DNA from: an uncultured archaeon A07HR60 | GTDB lineage: Archaea; Halobacteriota; Halobacteria; Halobacteriales; Haloferacaceae | Assembly (NCBI GenBank): GCA_000496235.1 | Contig: KI543222.1 | Location: forward strand, 26,942-90,941 | DNA length: 64,000 nucleotides | Reading direction: 5' to 3' | Shown: positions 10,226 to 19,749 of the stretch, piece by piece | Layout: the number at the start of each line of letters is the position of its first letter | How positions within the stretch are numbered: position 1 is the first letter of the stretch | The notes under the pieces: generated by a model | Told to the model about the DNA's origin: nothing | What the model saw: only the letters and a program-made list of their open reading frames with translations | Database searches by the model: none | Program-made: the position numbers and the translations under genes

Positions 10226-10741
10226 CTTACAGTGGTTTGAGGCGAAAGCCCACGGCTTCAGCCGCGGGATGAGGCCGACAACGGAGAACCACACACGCTA
10301 TTCCTGCACGCTGTTATCCGATACAGTCAATCACAAAGAGTCCCTACATCCAGACAGATATGCGATGTGCTGCTGCGGGGAACCCGCTCACGCTCAAGAC
10401 GGTCACGAGTGGGTCTCACCTACTCACACACCACCGCGGCCCACCCAGCAGCAAACACTGTCGCCCCTCAGAACTCTCCACGAGTGGCTGCAACGGAGAG
10501 GAGAGTTGGGCTGATGGCCCAGCCTGCTGCTCACGCGACTGGACGCCCGTGAGTGCCACGCTCTCAATGAGAGCGGGCAACAGCGAACGGATACACAAAA
10601 ACACCACACCACACCCTCGTTCGAGGGCCGAAGTTGCATCAGCGAACCCGCACGGTCACAGCCGTAGTTATCAGCAGTGACGGATAACTGACGGAGGAAT
10701 CCCACCCTACCCCACCCCTTCAGGGGTGGGAGGAGGTCAAG
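10226..10741 (-). other. hairpin-bounded non-coding module T directly 3' of the TnpB fragment (type-A hairpin 10696-10741, type-B hairpin plus tail 10226-10277)
   Basis: Minus-sense GACCTCCTCCCACCCCTGAAGGGGTGGGGTAGGGTGGGATTCC starts 15 nt after the tnpB stop. It ends with CGGCCTCATCCCGCGGCTGAAGCCGTGGGCTTTCGCCTCAAACCACTGTAAG, followed by (GTAGGG)x3. Confidence 0.5.
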
Positions 10742-10755
10742 GCTGACGCCGTTCG

Positions 10756-11355
10756 CTACTTGAGGGCAGGGCTTCCTGTTTCCACGACGCGCTTTGCAGA
10801 TACGGACGTATCCACAGCGAGCGCAGTCTCCACAGGCGGTGATTCGGAGTGTCCCACTCCTATTTCTTCGAGGCCGCGAGAAAGAATGTTCCACGCCGCG
10901 TTCGCGTCCCTGTCCAATTCAAACCCGCAAACTGGACAGGAGTGTTCACGGACCCACAACGGCTTGCCCGTCGAGACACCGCAGGACGCGCACTCTTTGC
11001 TCGTCCCTCTCGGGTTGACCGCGACGAAGTGCGTCCCCTCTCGCTTACACTTGTATTCGAGCAACGAGAGAAACGTTCGCCATGCGGCAGAGGCGGTGTT
11101 GCGGCTGTTCGATGGCGACTCCACCATCCCCTTCACGTTCAGGTCTTCGACCGCTACGCGGTCGTATTCTCTGGCGTAGTACGCTGAGAGTTTGTGGAGG
11201 AAGTCGCGGCGCTTCCGTTGGAGGTCGGCGTGACACTCCGCTACGCGCCGCCGTTGCTTCTCGTAGTTGCTCGACCCGTGCTGTTTGCGCGAGAGTTTTG
11301 TATATGAGAACCGTTCGGCGCTCGCTGAGGAAAGGGGCTTAGCGCCTCGGTACAG
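10756..11355 (-). pseudogene. tnpB: 5'-truncated TnpB (IS200/IS605 family, IS1341-type RNA-guided nuclease), C-terminal ~200 codons only
   Basis: Open frame reads ERFSYTKLSRKQHGSSNYEKQRRRVAECHADLQRKRRDFLHKLSAYYAREYDRVAVEDLNVKGM...GTSKECASCGV...CPVCGFELDRDANAAWNI...VVETGSPALK. There is no start codon or N-terminal half, and a TAG sits where full-length homologs continue KERTASAVSE. Confidence 0.8.
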
Positions 11356-11383
11356 CTAAGCGTCGGGCAGTTCAAACGGGCAC

Positions 11384-12016
11384 GTGCTCAGATACGTGAC
11401 GACGAACGAGGGGAAGATTCGCGAGGCCCGAGAGTATCTCGGGGAGGAGACGATCGAGCAGCGAGACTTCGATTACACGGAGATACAGGCCCCGGAACTG
11501 GAACCGATTGCGGCAGCGGGCGCCCGAGAAGCGTACCAGCGGATGGCTGGCCCCGTGATCGTTGACGACGCCGGCCTATTCATTGATGACTTCGAAGGGT
11601 TTCCAGGGCCGTATTCGTCGTTCGTAGAAAACACCATAGGCGTCGAACGGGTGTGGGAGCTCGCTCAGCAGATCGATTCAGCCCAGGCTTCTTTCAGGTG
11701 TGTCTTGGCTTACTGTGACGGGAAGCCGGTCGAAGCGTCGCCAGACCCCATCGACCGGACCGAGCGGGCCGCAACCGTGGCTCACGGCGATTTTGAGGAG
11801 GCTGATCAGGACACTTTGCTGCCGGTCAAACTGTTTGCAGGGGCCGTTCCAGGGACGATCGTCGCCCCAAGAGGAGACGGGGGGTTCGGGTACGACCCGA
11901 TATTCGAACACGATGGCGAGACACTCGCCGAGATGTCGACAGAACAGAAGAATTCGCTTTCTCATCGGGGTCGTGCCCTCTCGGAGTTTGCAGAGTGGTA
12001 TTCACAACGGGACTGA
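11384..12016 (+). CDS. non-canonical purine NTP pyrophosphatase (Ham1/RdgB, XTP/dITP diphosphatase)
   Basis: YVTTNEGKIREAREYL, VDDAGLFIDDFEGFPGPYSS, GFGYDPIF, SHRGRAL. GTG start. Confidence 0.85.
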   Translation: MLRYVTTNEGKIREAREYLGEETIEQRDFDYTEIQAPELEPIAAAGAREAYQRMAGPVIVDDAGLFIDDFEGFPGPYSSFVENTIGVERVWELAQQIDSAQASFRCVLAYCDGKPVEASPDPIDRTERAATVAHGDFEEADQDTLLPVKLFAGAVPGTIVAPRGDGGFGYDPIFEHDGETLAEMSTEQKNSLSHRGRALSEFAEWYSQRD

Positions 12017-12235
12017 CGAATCATGTGACCGTGGTCTGAGCAAGCAGAAGCCACCGGAAGCAGTACATATCAGTTGTAGCCGAGGACCACGTCTGACGGT
12101 CATCAGATTGGGTTGTAGCTCAAACACCCGCTCCCAAGCCGACGACATCATCATCCAGGTTCGTGTGAGTATACAGTAACCGATTGATATCGATTCTCTG
12201 TGACGGCCAGCCCGACACGTGACACTCAATAGCCG

Positions 12236-12709
12236 CTACGAACGCGGGTCACGATCAGGACCGGGATAGTCACCGCCGACGACGGTGGGGTAGAGTCGTT
12301 CGGGATTGAATATCGCTGCGAAGGCATCGGGCTCGCGGATACTCACCGGAAACGTCTCTTGGAGTGACGTCCCCGCTCCGACCGTCGTCAGCGAAGACTC
12401 GAACGAGATCACGTGCATTGCCCCCCCGCGATACGCCGACGCGACTGCCGGGTGATCGCCTTCGGGATGCTCGACCGGCTCGCGCCACTGGTTGATCCGA
12501 TTATGCCACCCCGCCGCGAGTTCCTCGGAAGCAACTGCCGTGATGATGTCCGTCGCTTCTGCGAGGAGTGCATCACTGGCGACGAGAGACGTCCAGGAGT
12601 GACTCCGCAACTCGTCAAGACTGCGTCGAGCCGCTCCGTCGACCAGCAGATCGGCCGCAAGTACGTCCGCGTCGGCCACAACCCGAGCTGGACTCGGGTC
12701 GATCGTCAT
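12236..12709 (-). CDS. conserved hypothetical protein, weakly PIN-like N-terminus
   Basis: RVVADADVLAADLLVDG resembles the first acidic strand of PIN domains. Acidic 157-aa ORF. Confidence 0.4.
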   Translation of the reverse strand: MTIDPSPARVVADADVLAADLLVDGAARRSLDELRSHSWTSLVASDALLAEATDIITAVASEELAAGWHNRINQWREPVEHPEGDHPAVASAYRGGAMHVISFESSLTTVGAGTSLQETFPVSIREPDAFAAIFNPERLYPTVVGGDYPGPDRDPRS

Positions 12710-12810
12710 TCATCGCGCAGCTCTTCAAGTCTGGCCCGGACACGGTCGATTGTCTCATCCGGATCGACGCGATACTCTTGGGCCTGCTCGAACAGATTAT
12801 CCCAGTTCAC
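12706..12810 (-). CDS. candidate unannotated small ORF (35 aa from GTG 12810, or 43 aa from GTG 12834), stop overlaps the start of 12236-12709 (ATGA)
   Basis: Hand translation gives V-NWDNLFEQAQEYRVDPDETIDRVRARLEELRDE-stop. It has no ATG, so it is absent from the ORF track. Acidic, helical-looking. Confidence 0.3.
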   Translation of the reverse strand: MNWDNLFEQAQEYRVDPDETIDRVRARLEELRDE

Positions 12811-13096
12811 ACAATTAGTTGCTCCGCCCGGCACATTGGGTTTACGACTATAGTGTGGCCAGTAAGATCGGCTGTCAGTCTCAGCCCAGAAGCGGAGGCC
12901 GTGAGAAACGAGTGTGGTCGCCAGGCTGGAAGTGGTTTGAAGACGCCGCTGTCACACGCTCGTCTGACGAGGTTTTAATCCACCGCCGTCAGGTGACATA
13001 CACAGACGCGCACCGACCCTCAGTTCCCATCCACCCGTGTGCGCGTCTATACTTCTGAGACTGGCAAAAACCGCTTCGGGGAGAGTCGGTGACCGG

Positions 13097-13771
13097 TTAG
13101 GCGCTGGCCGGGGAATCAGTGCCAAACAGTTGCGCACGGACTTCTGCTTCGACACCGGACTGCATAATGACGGCCAGACGGTCATCTGCTTCAACGAGTG
13201 TGCCAGGCAGTGGGATCGTCAGATCCGCGTTGTCGTGCCCGTGTGCGTATACTCTACCTCGTTCTCCGAGGTCGATCTCGTTGACGTATCCCCCGACGAT
13301 GGGGGCGCTCTCGGGCACGTCTAGCACGGTGATTGCCAACTCCTGCGTAAGATCTGCGATGGCGCCGAAGTCACCGCCCAGGAGAGCTGTTTTCGCGCCG
13401 GCTGCGCCGAGTTGTTCCGGATAGATTACGTCGTCGGCGTCCGTGGTGTACTCCTGATACAGGGCGGCGCTGACGTCCTCACTGATCCGCATGACAGTTC
13501 GGGCGCCGTGACGGGCTGCCACCGTGCATATCTCATCATTCACGTCTGGATCGCCGGTGAATCCGCCGACCGCGTCCGCCGTTTCGACGCCGACCTCACT
13601 GAGTACCACCTCCCGAGTGCCGTCTCCGAGGGCCGCGGTAAAACCCTGCTCGCGGGCCCGGTTGACCTTCTGTTGAACCGTATCGACGACTGCCATCTCG
13701 TGGCCTTCTCTATCGAGAACTTGTGCAGTCTGTGAGCCGACCCGACCGTACCCGACAATTACAATTTTCAT
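13097..13771 (-). CDS. trkA: TrkA-type NAD-binding K+ transport regulatory protein (TrkA-N plus TrkA-C)
   Basis: MKIVIVGYGRVGSQTAQVL Rossmann motif. Start moved to this methionine. Confidence 0.75.
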   Translation of the reverse strand: MKIVIVGYGRVGSQTAQVLDREGHEMAVVDTVQQKVNRAREQGFTAALGDGTREVVLSEVGVETADAVGGFTGDPDVNDEICTVAARHGARTVMRISEDVSAALYQEYTTDADDVIYPEQLGAAGAKTALLGGDFGAIADLTQELAITVLDVPESAPIVGGYVNEIDLGERGRVYAHGHDNADLTIPLPGTLVEADDRLAVIMQSGVEAEVRAQLFGTDSPASA

Positions 13772-13902
13772 GTCACCGGATACCACGGCATTTGGAATAA
13801 ATCTATGCGCCTGAGTCTGCCGGCACGCCGTGTCGGACATGATCGGTGTCCGTCAGTTTCACACCCGGACAGTGGGGTCTGAGTGCGACAGATGCAGACA
13901 GA

Positions 13903-15087
13903 TTACCAGAAAAACCGGAACAAGACAGTGAACATCACGTACGCGCCGGTCGTCGAAATCATCGGGACAACATTCTGTAACACAATCACGCGGCCGGTGG
14001 TAGTTGGGTCAAACAGGTCAGACGCCGCGGGAATCGCGTCTGGGTCTTCCTTACCGATCGGGGGGGCCGGATCTGGCTCGTCTCCCGCACCATCAGAGAC
14101 CAGCGCATCAACCGACACGTCCGGAGCTTTCTCTCCGCGAACGACCTCCGAAATGGTCGCGACCCGGGTTGCCCGACCCCATCCGAGGCCGACGATCGAC
14201 ATTGTGGCGATGATGACGAACGACGCGGGGATGCCGATAGCAGACAGCCCAGTGACGATCGACGAGGAAACGACCGCGACGACGATTGCTGCCGTCAGCG
14301 GGAGGTCAGTAATGTCGCTGCCAATCGTATCTAACGTTCGGCGGGCGATAGTGAATGCGCCGATTGCGACGGCGCCACAGCCCAACAGCAACATGAGATT
14401 GAGGTCCGCGCCGGCACCGACGAGCGGGGCAATCGCGTTGGCGATATTCGAGGTCCCCGAGGAGAATGCCATCAGACACCCAATCGACACGATGGTGACG
14501 ACACCGACGAGTTCCCGCCGGGTCGTATTGGGCCCACTCGTGACCTGAGGGAGCCGGCCGGAGCGGTCGACCTCAACCAGTGGGCCTGGCGTTTGCTCGA
14601 TGGCGATCAGCCGCTCGATCGAGGGATAAAAATATCGCCCGAGCATTCCAGAAATCCAGAATCCAACGATAGGCGCAACGATCCACCAGATAGCGATTTC
14701 CCCCATTACAGCCCAGTCGAGTTCGCCGGTCGCGATCCCGAGTCCTGCAATCGCTCCGACGGCCGTCATTGAGGTGGACGCGGGAACCCCGTAGAAGTTT
14801 CCGATGAACAGCGCCGCACCAATAAAGAACAAAACGACGATACTGGACTCGACGGTGAACACGCCCGTATCAGTGACCAGTTCCGTCCCGAGCGTCTCCA
14901 CCACACGTCGGCCGATAGTCCAGCCGCCAATGAAGAAAAACACCGCCATCAGCGCCGCTGCCGCCGTCTTCGACATTACCTTGGCCCCGACGGCTGGGCC
15001 GAAGGCTGGGCCTGTTGTCGCACCACCAATATTGAACCCGACAAACAGCGAAACGACAATCCCAACCAGAAGAAGCGGTTCTACCAC
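13903..15087 (-). CDS. inorganic phosphate transporter, PiT (PHO4) family
   Basis: FNIGGATTGPAFGPAVG and GTSNIANAIAPLVG duplicated PiT signatures, polytopic. Confidence 0.85.
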   Translation of the reverse strand: MVEPLLLVGIVVSLFVGFNIGGATTGPAFGPAVGAKVMSKTAAAALMAVFFFIGGWTIGRRVVETLGTELVTDTGVFTVESSIVVLFFIGAALFIGNFYGVPASTSMTAVGAIAGLGIATGELDWAVMGEIAIWWIVAPIVGFWISGMLGRYFYPSIERLIAIEQTPGPLVEVDRSGRLPQVTSGPNTTRRELVGVVTIVSIGCLMAFSSGTSNIANAIAPLVGAGADLNLMLLLGCGAVAIGAFTIARRTLDTIGSDITDLPLTAAIVVAVVSSSIVTGLSAIGIPASFVIIATMSIVGLGWGRATRVATISEVVRGEKAPDVSVDALVSDGAGDEPDPAPPIGKEDPDAIPAASDLFDPTTTGRVIVLQNVVPMISTTGAYVMFTVLFRFFW

Positions 15088-15339
15088 ATGCGAATGAGAC
15101 TCCCGACCCGGTTAACACTACCTGGTCCGACCGCGGGGACAGGCCCAGACGATCTGCCAGGCCGACCCGACTCGGACCGGACTGGACTGTCTCGTCTGAA
15201 CCGGGGTTCGGCCCGATTGGCACTGCAGTGTCACCTCTGTAACCACCCAGTCTGAGACAGGTGAATATACCAGGCTGCCGATTGTAGATATGATAATGCA
15301 CGCTGAGAAACCCTCCGTGATGCGGCGTCCGAGGCAGCC

Positions 15340-16643
15340 GTGAAACCGAGTCGGGTCGATTTTGTCACCGATATCCTGTATGGGGTGTTGTTGATTGTTG
15401 GTATCGCGCTTATTCTGCTGGGTGACACTGCGGCCGGCGTCGCCTTCGGCCTGGGCTCGTTGTCAGCGTATGTCGTCCACGTCGGGTGGAAGATGGCCCG
15501 ATTTGACCCACAGTGGATGACCGATCGGGTCGCAGAGCAGGTGGAAGAGACCGTGACTGAGCAGGTCGAGGAATCTGTCGATCAGGCTGTGAGCAAAGAG
15601 ATTGGTGTGGTCGCCGGGGCAGACGGCGGCACCGGGCCCGGTCCAGAAGAGATGGGCTTCGAGCGAACAGTGTCTCAACAGGTCAGCCGATCCGTCGACC
15701 AGGCCATCGCCGACGAAGTCGACGAGACGGTCGGCTCGGGGATGAATCAGGAGGTACAAACGATGCTTGAAGATACCGTCGAGAAAACTGTCGAAGACAC
15801 CGTCGAAGGGTCCGTCGACAACACCGTCGAAGATGCTGTTGAAGATACCGTCGAGAAAACTGTCGAAGACGCTGTCGAGGATACTGTAGAGAAAACCGTC
15901 GAAGACGCTGTCGAGGATACTGTAGAGAAAACCGTCGAAGATGCTGTCGAGGATACTGTGGAGAAGACCGTCGAAGATGCTGTTGAAGATACTGTGGAGA
16001 AAACTGTCGAAGATACCGTCGAAGGGTCCGTCGACAACACCGTCGAAGACGCTGTTGAAGATACCGTCGAGAAAACTGTCGAAGATACCGTTGAAGGGTC
16101 CGTCGACAACACCGTCGAAGATGCTGTTGAAGATACCGTCGAGAAGACTGTCGAAGACGCTGTTGAGGATACTGTGGAGAAGACCGTCGAAGATGCTGTT
16201 GAAGATACTGTGGAGAAGACTGTCGAAGATACCGTCGAAGGGTCCGTCGACAACACCGTCGAAGACGCTGTTGAAGATACCGTCGAGAAGACTGTCGAAG
16301 ACGCTGTTGAGGATACTGTAGAGAAAACCGTCGAAGATGCTGTCGAGGATACTGTGGAGAAGACCGTCGAAGATGCTGTTGAAGATACTGTGGAGAAACT
16401 GTCGAAGATACCGTCGAAGGGTCCGTCGACAACACCGTCGAAGACGCTGTTGAAGATACCGTCGAGAAAACTGTCGAAGATACCGTTGAAAAGACGGTGG
16501 AAGATGCTGTCGAGGACACCGTCGAAAAGACGGTGGAAGATACTGTCGAGGACAGTGTCGAGAAGGCCGTCAAAGAAACCGTCGAGAAGACAGTCGAAGA
16601 GAAGATGGAAGAATCCGATGCCGACTCCGGAGACGAGGATTGA
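15340..16643 (+). pseudogene. membrane-tethered polyacidic tandem-repeat protein. Frame broken by a 1-nt deficit at 16396-16398 (AAA where sister repeats have AAAA). The corrected frame stops at 16641-16643.
   Basis: Two N-terminal TM helices, then about 23 units of VEDAVEDTVEKT / VEDTVEGSVDNT. After 16398 the listed ORF turns basic (LSKIPSKGPSTT...), while the adjacent frame continues the acidic repeat to ...EEKMEESDADSGDED-stop. Confidence 0.65.
15769..16600 (+). repeat. coding tandem repeat array, 12-nt sub-period nested in 36-nt units, arranged X Y5 X Y X Y3 X Y4 X Y...
   Basis: Read directly: repeated gtcgaagacgctgtcgaggatactgtagagaaaacc-type units with synonymous variation. Confidence 0.95.
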
Positions 16644-16692
16644 GATCCTCCCCGCCCTGAAGGGCGAGGCTTTCGCCTTGTTGCTCAGTAAT
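16644..16692 (+). repeat. hairpin module, hybrid (type-A 5' flank, type-B 3' flank and tail)
   Basis: GATCCTCCCCGCCCTGAAGGGCGAGGCTTTCGCCTTGTTGCTCAGTAAT, directly after the corrected stop of the repeat protein. Confidence 0.6.
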
Positions 16693-16781
16693 CGGCTATC
16701 TCGACCGGAACCGATTGACCGCCGCACAGACGCTCTTTGATGATGGAGAATTGGGGGGATCGATCAGCATGAGCGCGGACC

Positions 16782-18401
16782 CTACGGCCGGATACGTCGA
16801 CCGAACGCGATGTCGGCATCGACCGGATTCGCGAGAAGGTCATCCAGTGGCGACGGAAGGTCAGCAGACATCACAACAGACAGCGGCGTAAGGAGACTTT
16901 CGCCGAGTGCGCTCGAGGCTGGTGAAGGCGTCTGATCTGCCATCCTCAGTTGTGGGCCACCGGATTCAGCCGCGGCGATAGCTGCCTCTGCGTCGACGAT
17001 ACCGGAGCCGAATCTCGTGTCACGGTCGGTCGTGTCGTCGGCCGCCTCGGCGGGCTTTCGAGCGGACGCCTCTAACACCTGTTCGACCTCACCTGGTCCC
17101 GCTTCTGTTGCTCCGATCACCAGGGCCGCGAGTCCGGCGACATGTGGGGTGGCCATCGAGGTGCCACTCAGTTCCCCGTAGCCGTCGGTTCCTTGCGCGC
17201 TCTTCACATCGACTCCGGGAGCGGTGACCGTTGGGACGACGTACTCGTCAGGCCATTCTTCTGGGGGCGACGACCACTCGTTTTTATTGACGCGTTCGCC
17301 GCCGGAAAAGTCGGCAACAGAGCCGTCATCGTTGACCGCTCCGACCGCCACTGTGTCGTAGACGTTGCCTGGAGACCCACTTGTCCCCTCGCCAGCGTTG
17401 CCGGCAGCGGCCACGACGAGCGTCCCGGCGGCTCTGGCGTTGCGGACCGGTTCGACCATCCGGTCCGTTTTACCGGGGGCTCCAAGACTCATGCTGAGTA
17501 CGTCTGCGTTCACGTCTGCCACAGCCCACTCCATCCCGGCGATGATCTGCTCGAACGTCCCGCTACAGCCGGTTCGACCGCAGTCGTTTAGGACACTTCC
17601 GACCGCAAGATCGGCATCAGGGGCCACCCCGATTGCAGTCCCGCTCGCATTCCCACCGACGATTGTTCCCGACACGTGAGTTCCGTGACTCTGCGGTGAG
17701 GGGTCGGTCGGTTCACCCTCAATCGGACTCCCGTCAGAGCCGAACGCCTGGAATCGTTCCACATCGATATCAGGGTGTTCTGCCTCGACACCCGAGTCCA
17801 GCACTGCCACGGTCGCACCCGCTCCGCGAGCGCCGAACCGCTCGCGCGCGTCCGGGACCGATATCTGGTCAAGCCCTGCAGTGACGTCCTGCTCAGCCGG
17901 TGCTACGGTGTCGGCCGAATCGACTGTCTCGACGGGTTGTGACTGAGTGATACTGAACGTCTCATGAACCGCTTCGACGGTATCGAACGTGTCGAGTGTG
18001 TCGAGTTCTGCCTCTGGAGACACGGACAACGTAACCGCGTTGACCAGCCAGAAACTGTTCCGAACTTCCACTCCTTCGGTACGTTCGGCCCACTCGATCA
18101 CCCCCGTCTGGGTGCGATCGGCATGCGTTTGCAGCGCGTCGACCGAGGCACCTTGTGTGCCGAGGCCCTCTTCGGGTTGCTGTGCGCTCCGGTATGTGTC
18201 GAGCCGGACGACAATCGTCCCGTCGATTTCGTCGGGATTTCCGTCGAGCCACTCGACATCATCAGTTGCATCTCCGTCGTCGTGAGCCGCAGTCGCCACC
18301 CCCACCCCGGGTGACACGACTGGTAGTAAGACGACCACCGAGACGACGACCGTGAGCGACTGTCGAACGATATGTGACACGTACAGGGTCCTCCTATGCA
18401 A
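16782..18401 (-). CDS. secreted subtilisin-like serine protease (S8 family, halolysin-like)
   Basis: Catalytic triad contexts [42 protein letters not shown]-terminal signal with RR. Confidence 0.85.
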   Translation of the reverse strand: MHRRTLYVSHIVRQSLTVVVSVVVLLPVVSPGVGVATAAHDDGDATDDVEWLDGNPDEIDGTIVVRLDTYRSAQQPEEGLGTQGASVDALQTHADRTQTGVIEWAERTEGVEVRNSFWLVNAVTLSVSPEAELDTLDTFDTVEAVHETFSITQSQPVETVDSADTVAPAEQDVTAGLDQISVPDARERFGARGAGATVAVLDSGVEAEHPDIDVERFQAFGSDGSPIEGEPTDPSPQSHGTHVSGTIVGGNASGTAIGVAPDADLAVGSVLNDCGRTGCSGTFEQIIAGMEWAVADVNADVLSMSLGAPGKTDRMVEPVRNARAAGTLVVAAAGNAGEGTSGSPGNVYDTVAVGAVNDDGSVADFSGGERVNKNEWSSPPEEWPDEYVVPTVTAPGVDVKSAQGTDGYGELSGTSMATPHVAGLAALVIGATEAGPGEVEQVLEASARKPAEAADDTTDRDTRFGSGIVDAEAAIAAAESGGPQLRMADQTPSPASSALGESLLTPLSVVMSADLPSPLDDLLANPVDADIAFGRRIRP

Positions 18402-18715
18402 CGGAATATCGACCAGACGAGTAGCTGAGGGACGCGTTCGTCTCTCTCACTACACGCCGACCGATCCGTACATATCATGATGTGTATCTGGACAGGTTTG
18501 TGTATTACTCCAGACTGGAGTTCCTGTGTCGGTGTGACCGCGTGTACCTCGGGTGGAGTTGTCGTCCGACGATAGGCGAGGAGGGAATTCACGGCCGGCG
18601 CTGAACCGTCTCGGGGTTACGCACAGAACTGCTCGTCTCGCTCGTCAGTGGCCCCGCCTGCGCCAGTCGTTATCCTTTCGATGGAGGGCTTCTTTGTCGT
18701 GACCAGGAACGCTCA

Positions 18716-19528
18716 ATGCACACACATCCACCGCTCAAGAGTCTGGATGCGGCTCCGGGGGCGCTATTCGACGGCCACCTGTGGATCATGGAATTGATAG
18801 ACGGACTGGCCTTCCGGTTTCGGATGCAGGAGTCGGGGCTTTTGGAGTTCGGCGGCCCAGATCGCGTGTTCGAGTCCGACCGCGTCCCGCTGGAGTACCG
18901 CCACGCGGTCCGCATGGTCCAGGATAGGTTCGAGCGGGATCGATTCCGCGATGCAGTCGAAACTGTCGATGCAGTCACGTTCCTGGCCGTTGCAGTCGGT
19001 GCCGGCGAGACGCCTTACGACTGGGCGCAGACTCCCTCGGTTTTCGGAACAGACGTATGGAACGACGACACCGGTGAGTACCTCTCGATCGACACTGCGA
19101 GACGCGTGTTCAAGCGAGTTGAGATTCCCCCGATCAACACCATCGCGAGAGAAGTTCGGGGGAGAGACTTCGATCCAGATACGTATGACATACCCCTGTC
19201 CGAGTGGCGAGACGGCCCAGCCGTTGGAGTGGTCTTGCGGGACAAAACCGGCTCCAGAGCAGCACTGCGGTCCGGCCAGTCGGCATCGCCCGACCCCCGC
19301 CCCACGACAGTCGACGAGATTGGGAGCCACATCTCGGACCCCTGGCTCGAGCGAGTCGTTGAAGCCGTCGCCACCGAATCGGACGGCAACAGTACCAAAA
19401 CAATCGTCACGCGGGCTCTTGAGCGGCTCGCCCGGGAAGGACGTCTTCCAGACAACTCCGGAAGTGCAGCAGAATCAGAGTTCCGGGCAGCCGTTACCGA
19501 TCGCGTGAATCAGTACCTCCGCGAGTGA
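18716..19528 (+). CDS. conserved hypothetical protein (possible nucleotidyltransferase/RNA-ligase-like fold, unverified)
   Basis: WIMELIDGLAFRF resembles a ligase motif I (KxDG) but lacks the lysine. Function not supported beyond this. Confidence 0.3.
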   Translation: MHTHPPLKSLDAAPGALFDGHLWIMELIDGLAFRFRMQESGLLEFGGPDRVFESDRVPLEYRHAVRMVQDRFERDRFRDAVETVDAVTFLAVAVGAGETPYDWAQTPSVFGTDVWNDDTGEYLSIDTARRVFKRVEIPPINTIAREVRGRDFDPDTYDIPLSEWRDGPAVGVVLRDKTGSRAALRSGQSASPDPRPTTVDEIGSHISDPWLERVVEAVATESDGNSTKTIVTRALERLAREGRLPDNSGSAAESEFRAAVTDRVNQYLRE

Positions 19529-19749
19529 CTCCGGCAGCAGTGAGTCGCCGGGTGACCCACTGTCAGCCCACCCTCAGCTCCGTTCGTGGCCGTGATCTTT
19601 TGCTCTGGCCAGTTTCTCTGTCTGTCCTCAATCACAGAACGAGCATTCACAGTACCACCAATCCGGGTCAACATCCGGAAGTCTGGCCAGGCTCCGACTC
19701 AGACGAACCGATCGTTGAAAATGGCAAGACCGTCTGCGAGGCGAGCAGT

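Noticed and set aside
15769-16600. Could the 36-nt periodic array be a CRISPR array?
   Set aside because: The units are contiguous with no spacers, they are in frame and coding, and no leader or cas genes are present.
15683-16727. Long minus-strand ORFs (296 and 326 aa, Ser/Thr/Val-rich or Arg-rich) across the repeat array.
   Set aside because: They are a by-product of the 12-nt periodicity, which keeps every frame open. Only the plus-strand acidic frame has an N-terminal non-repeat domain, TM helices and haloarchaeal composition.
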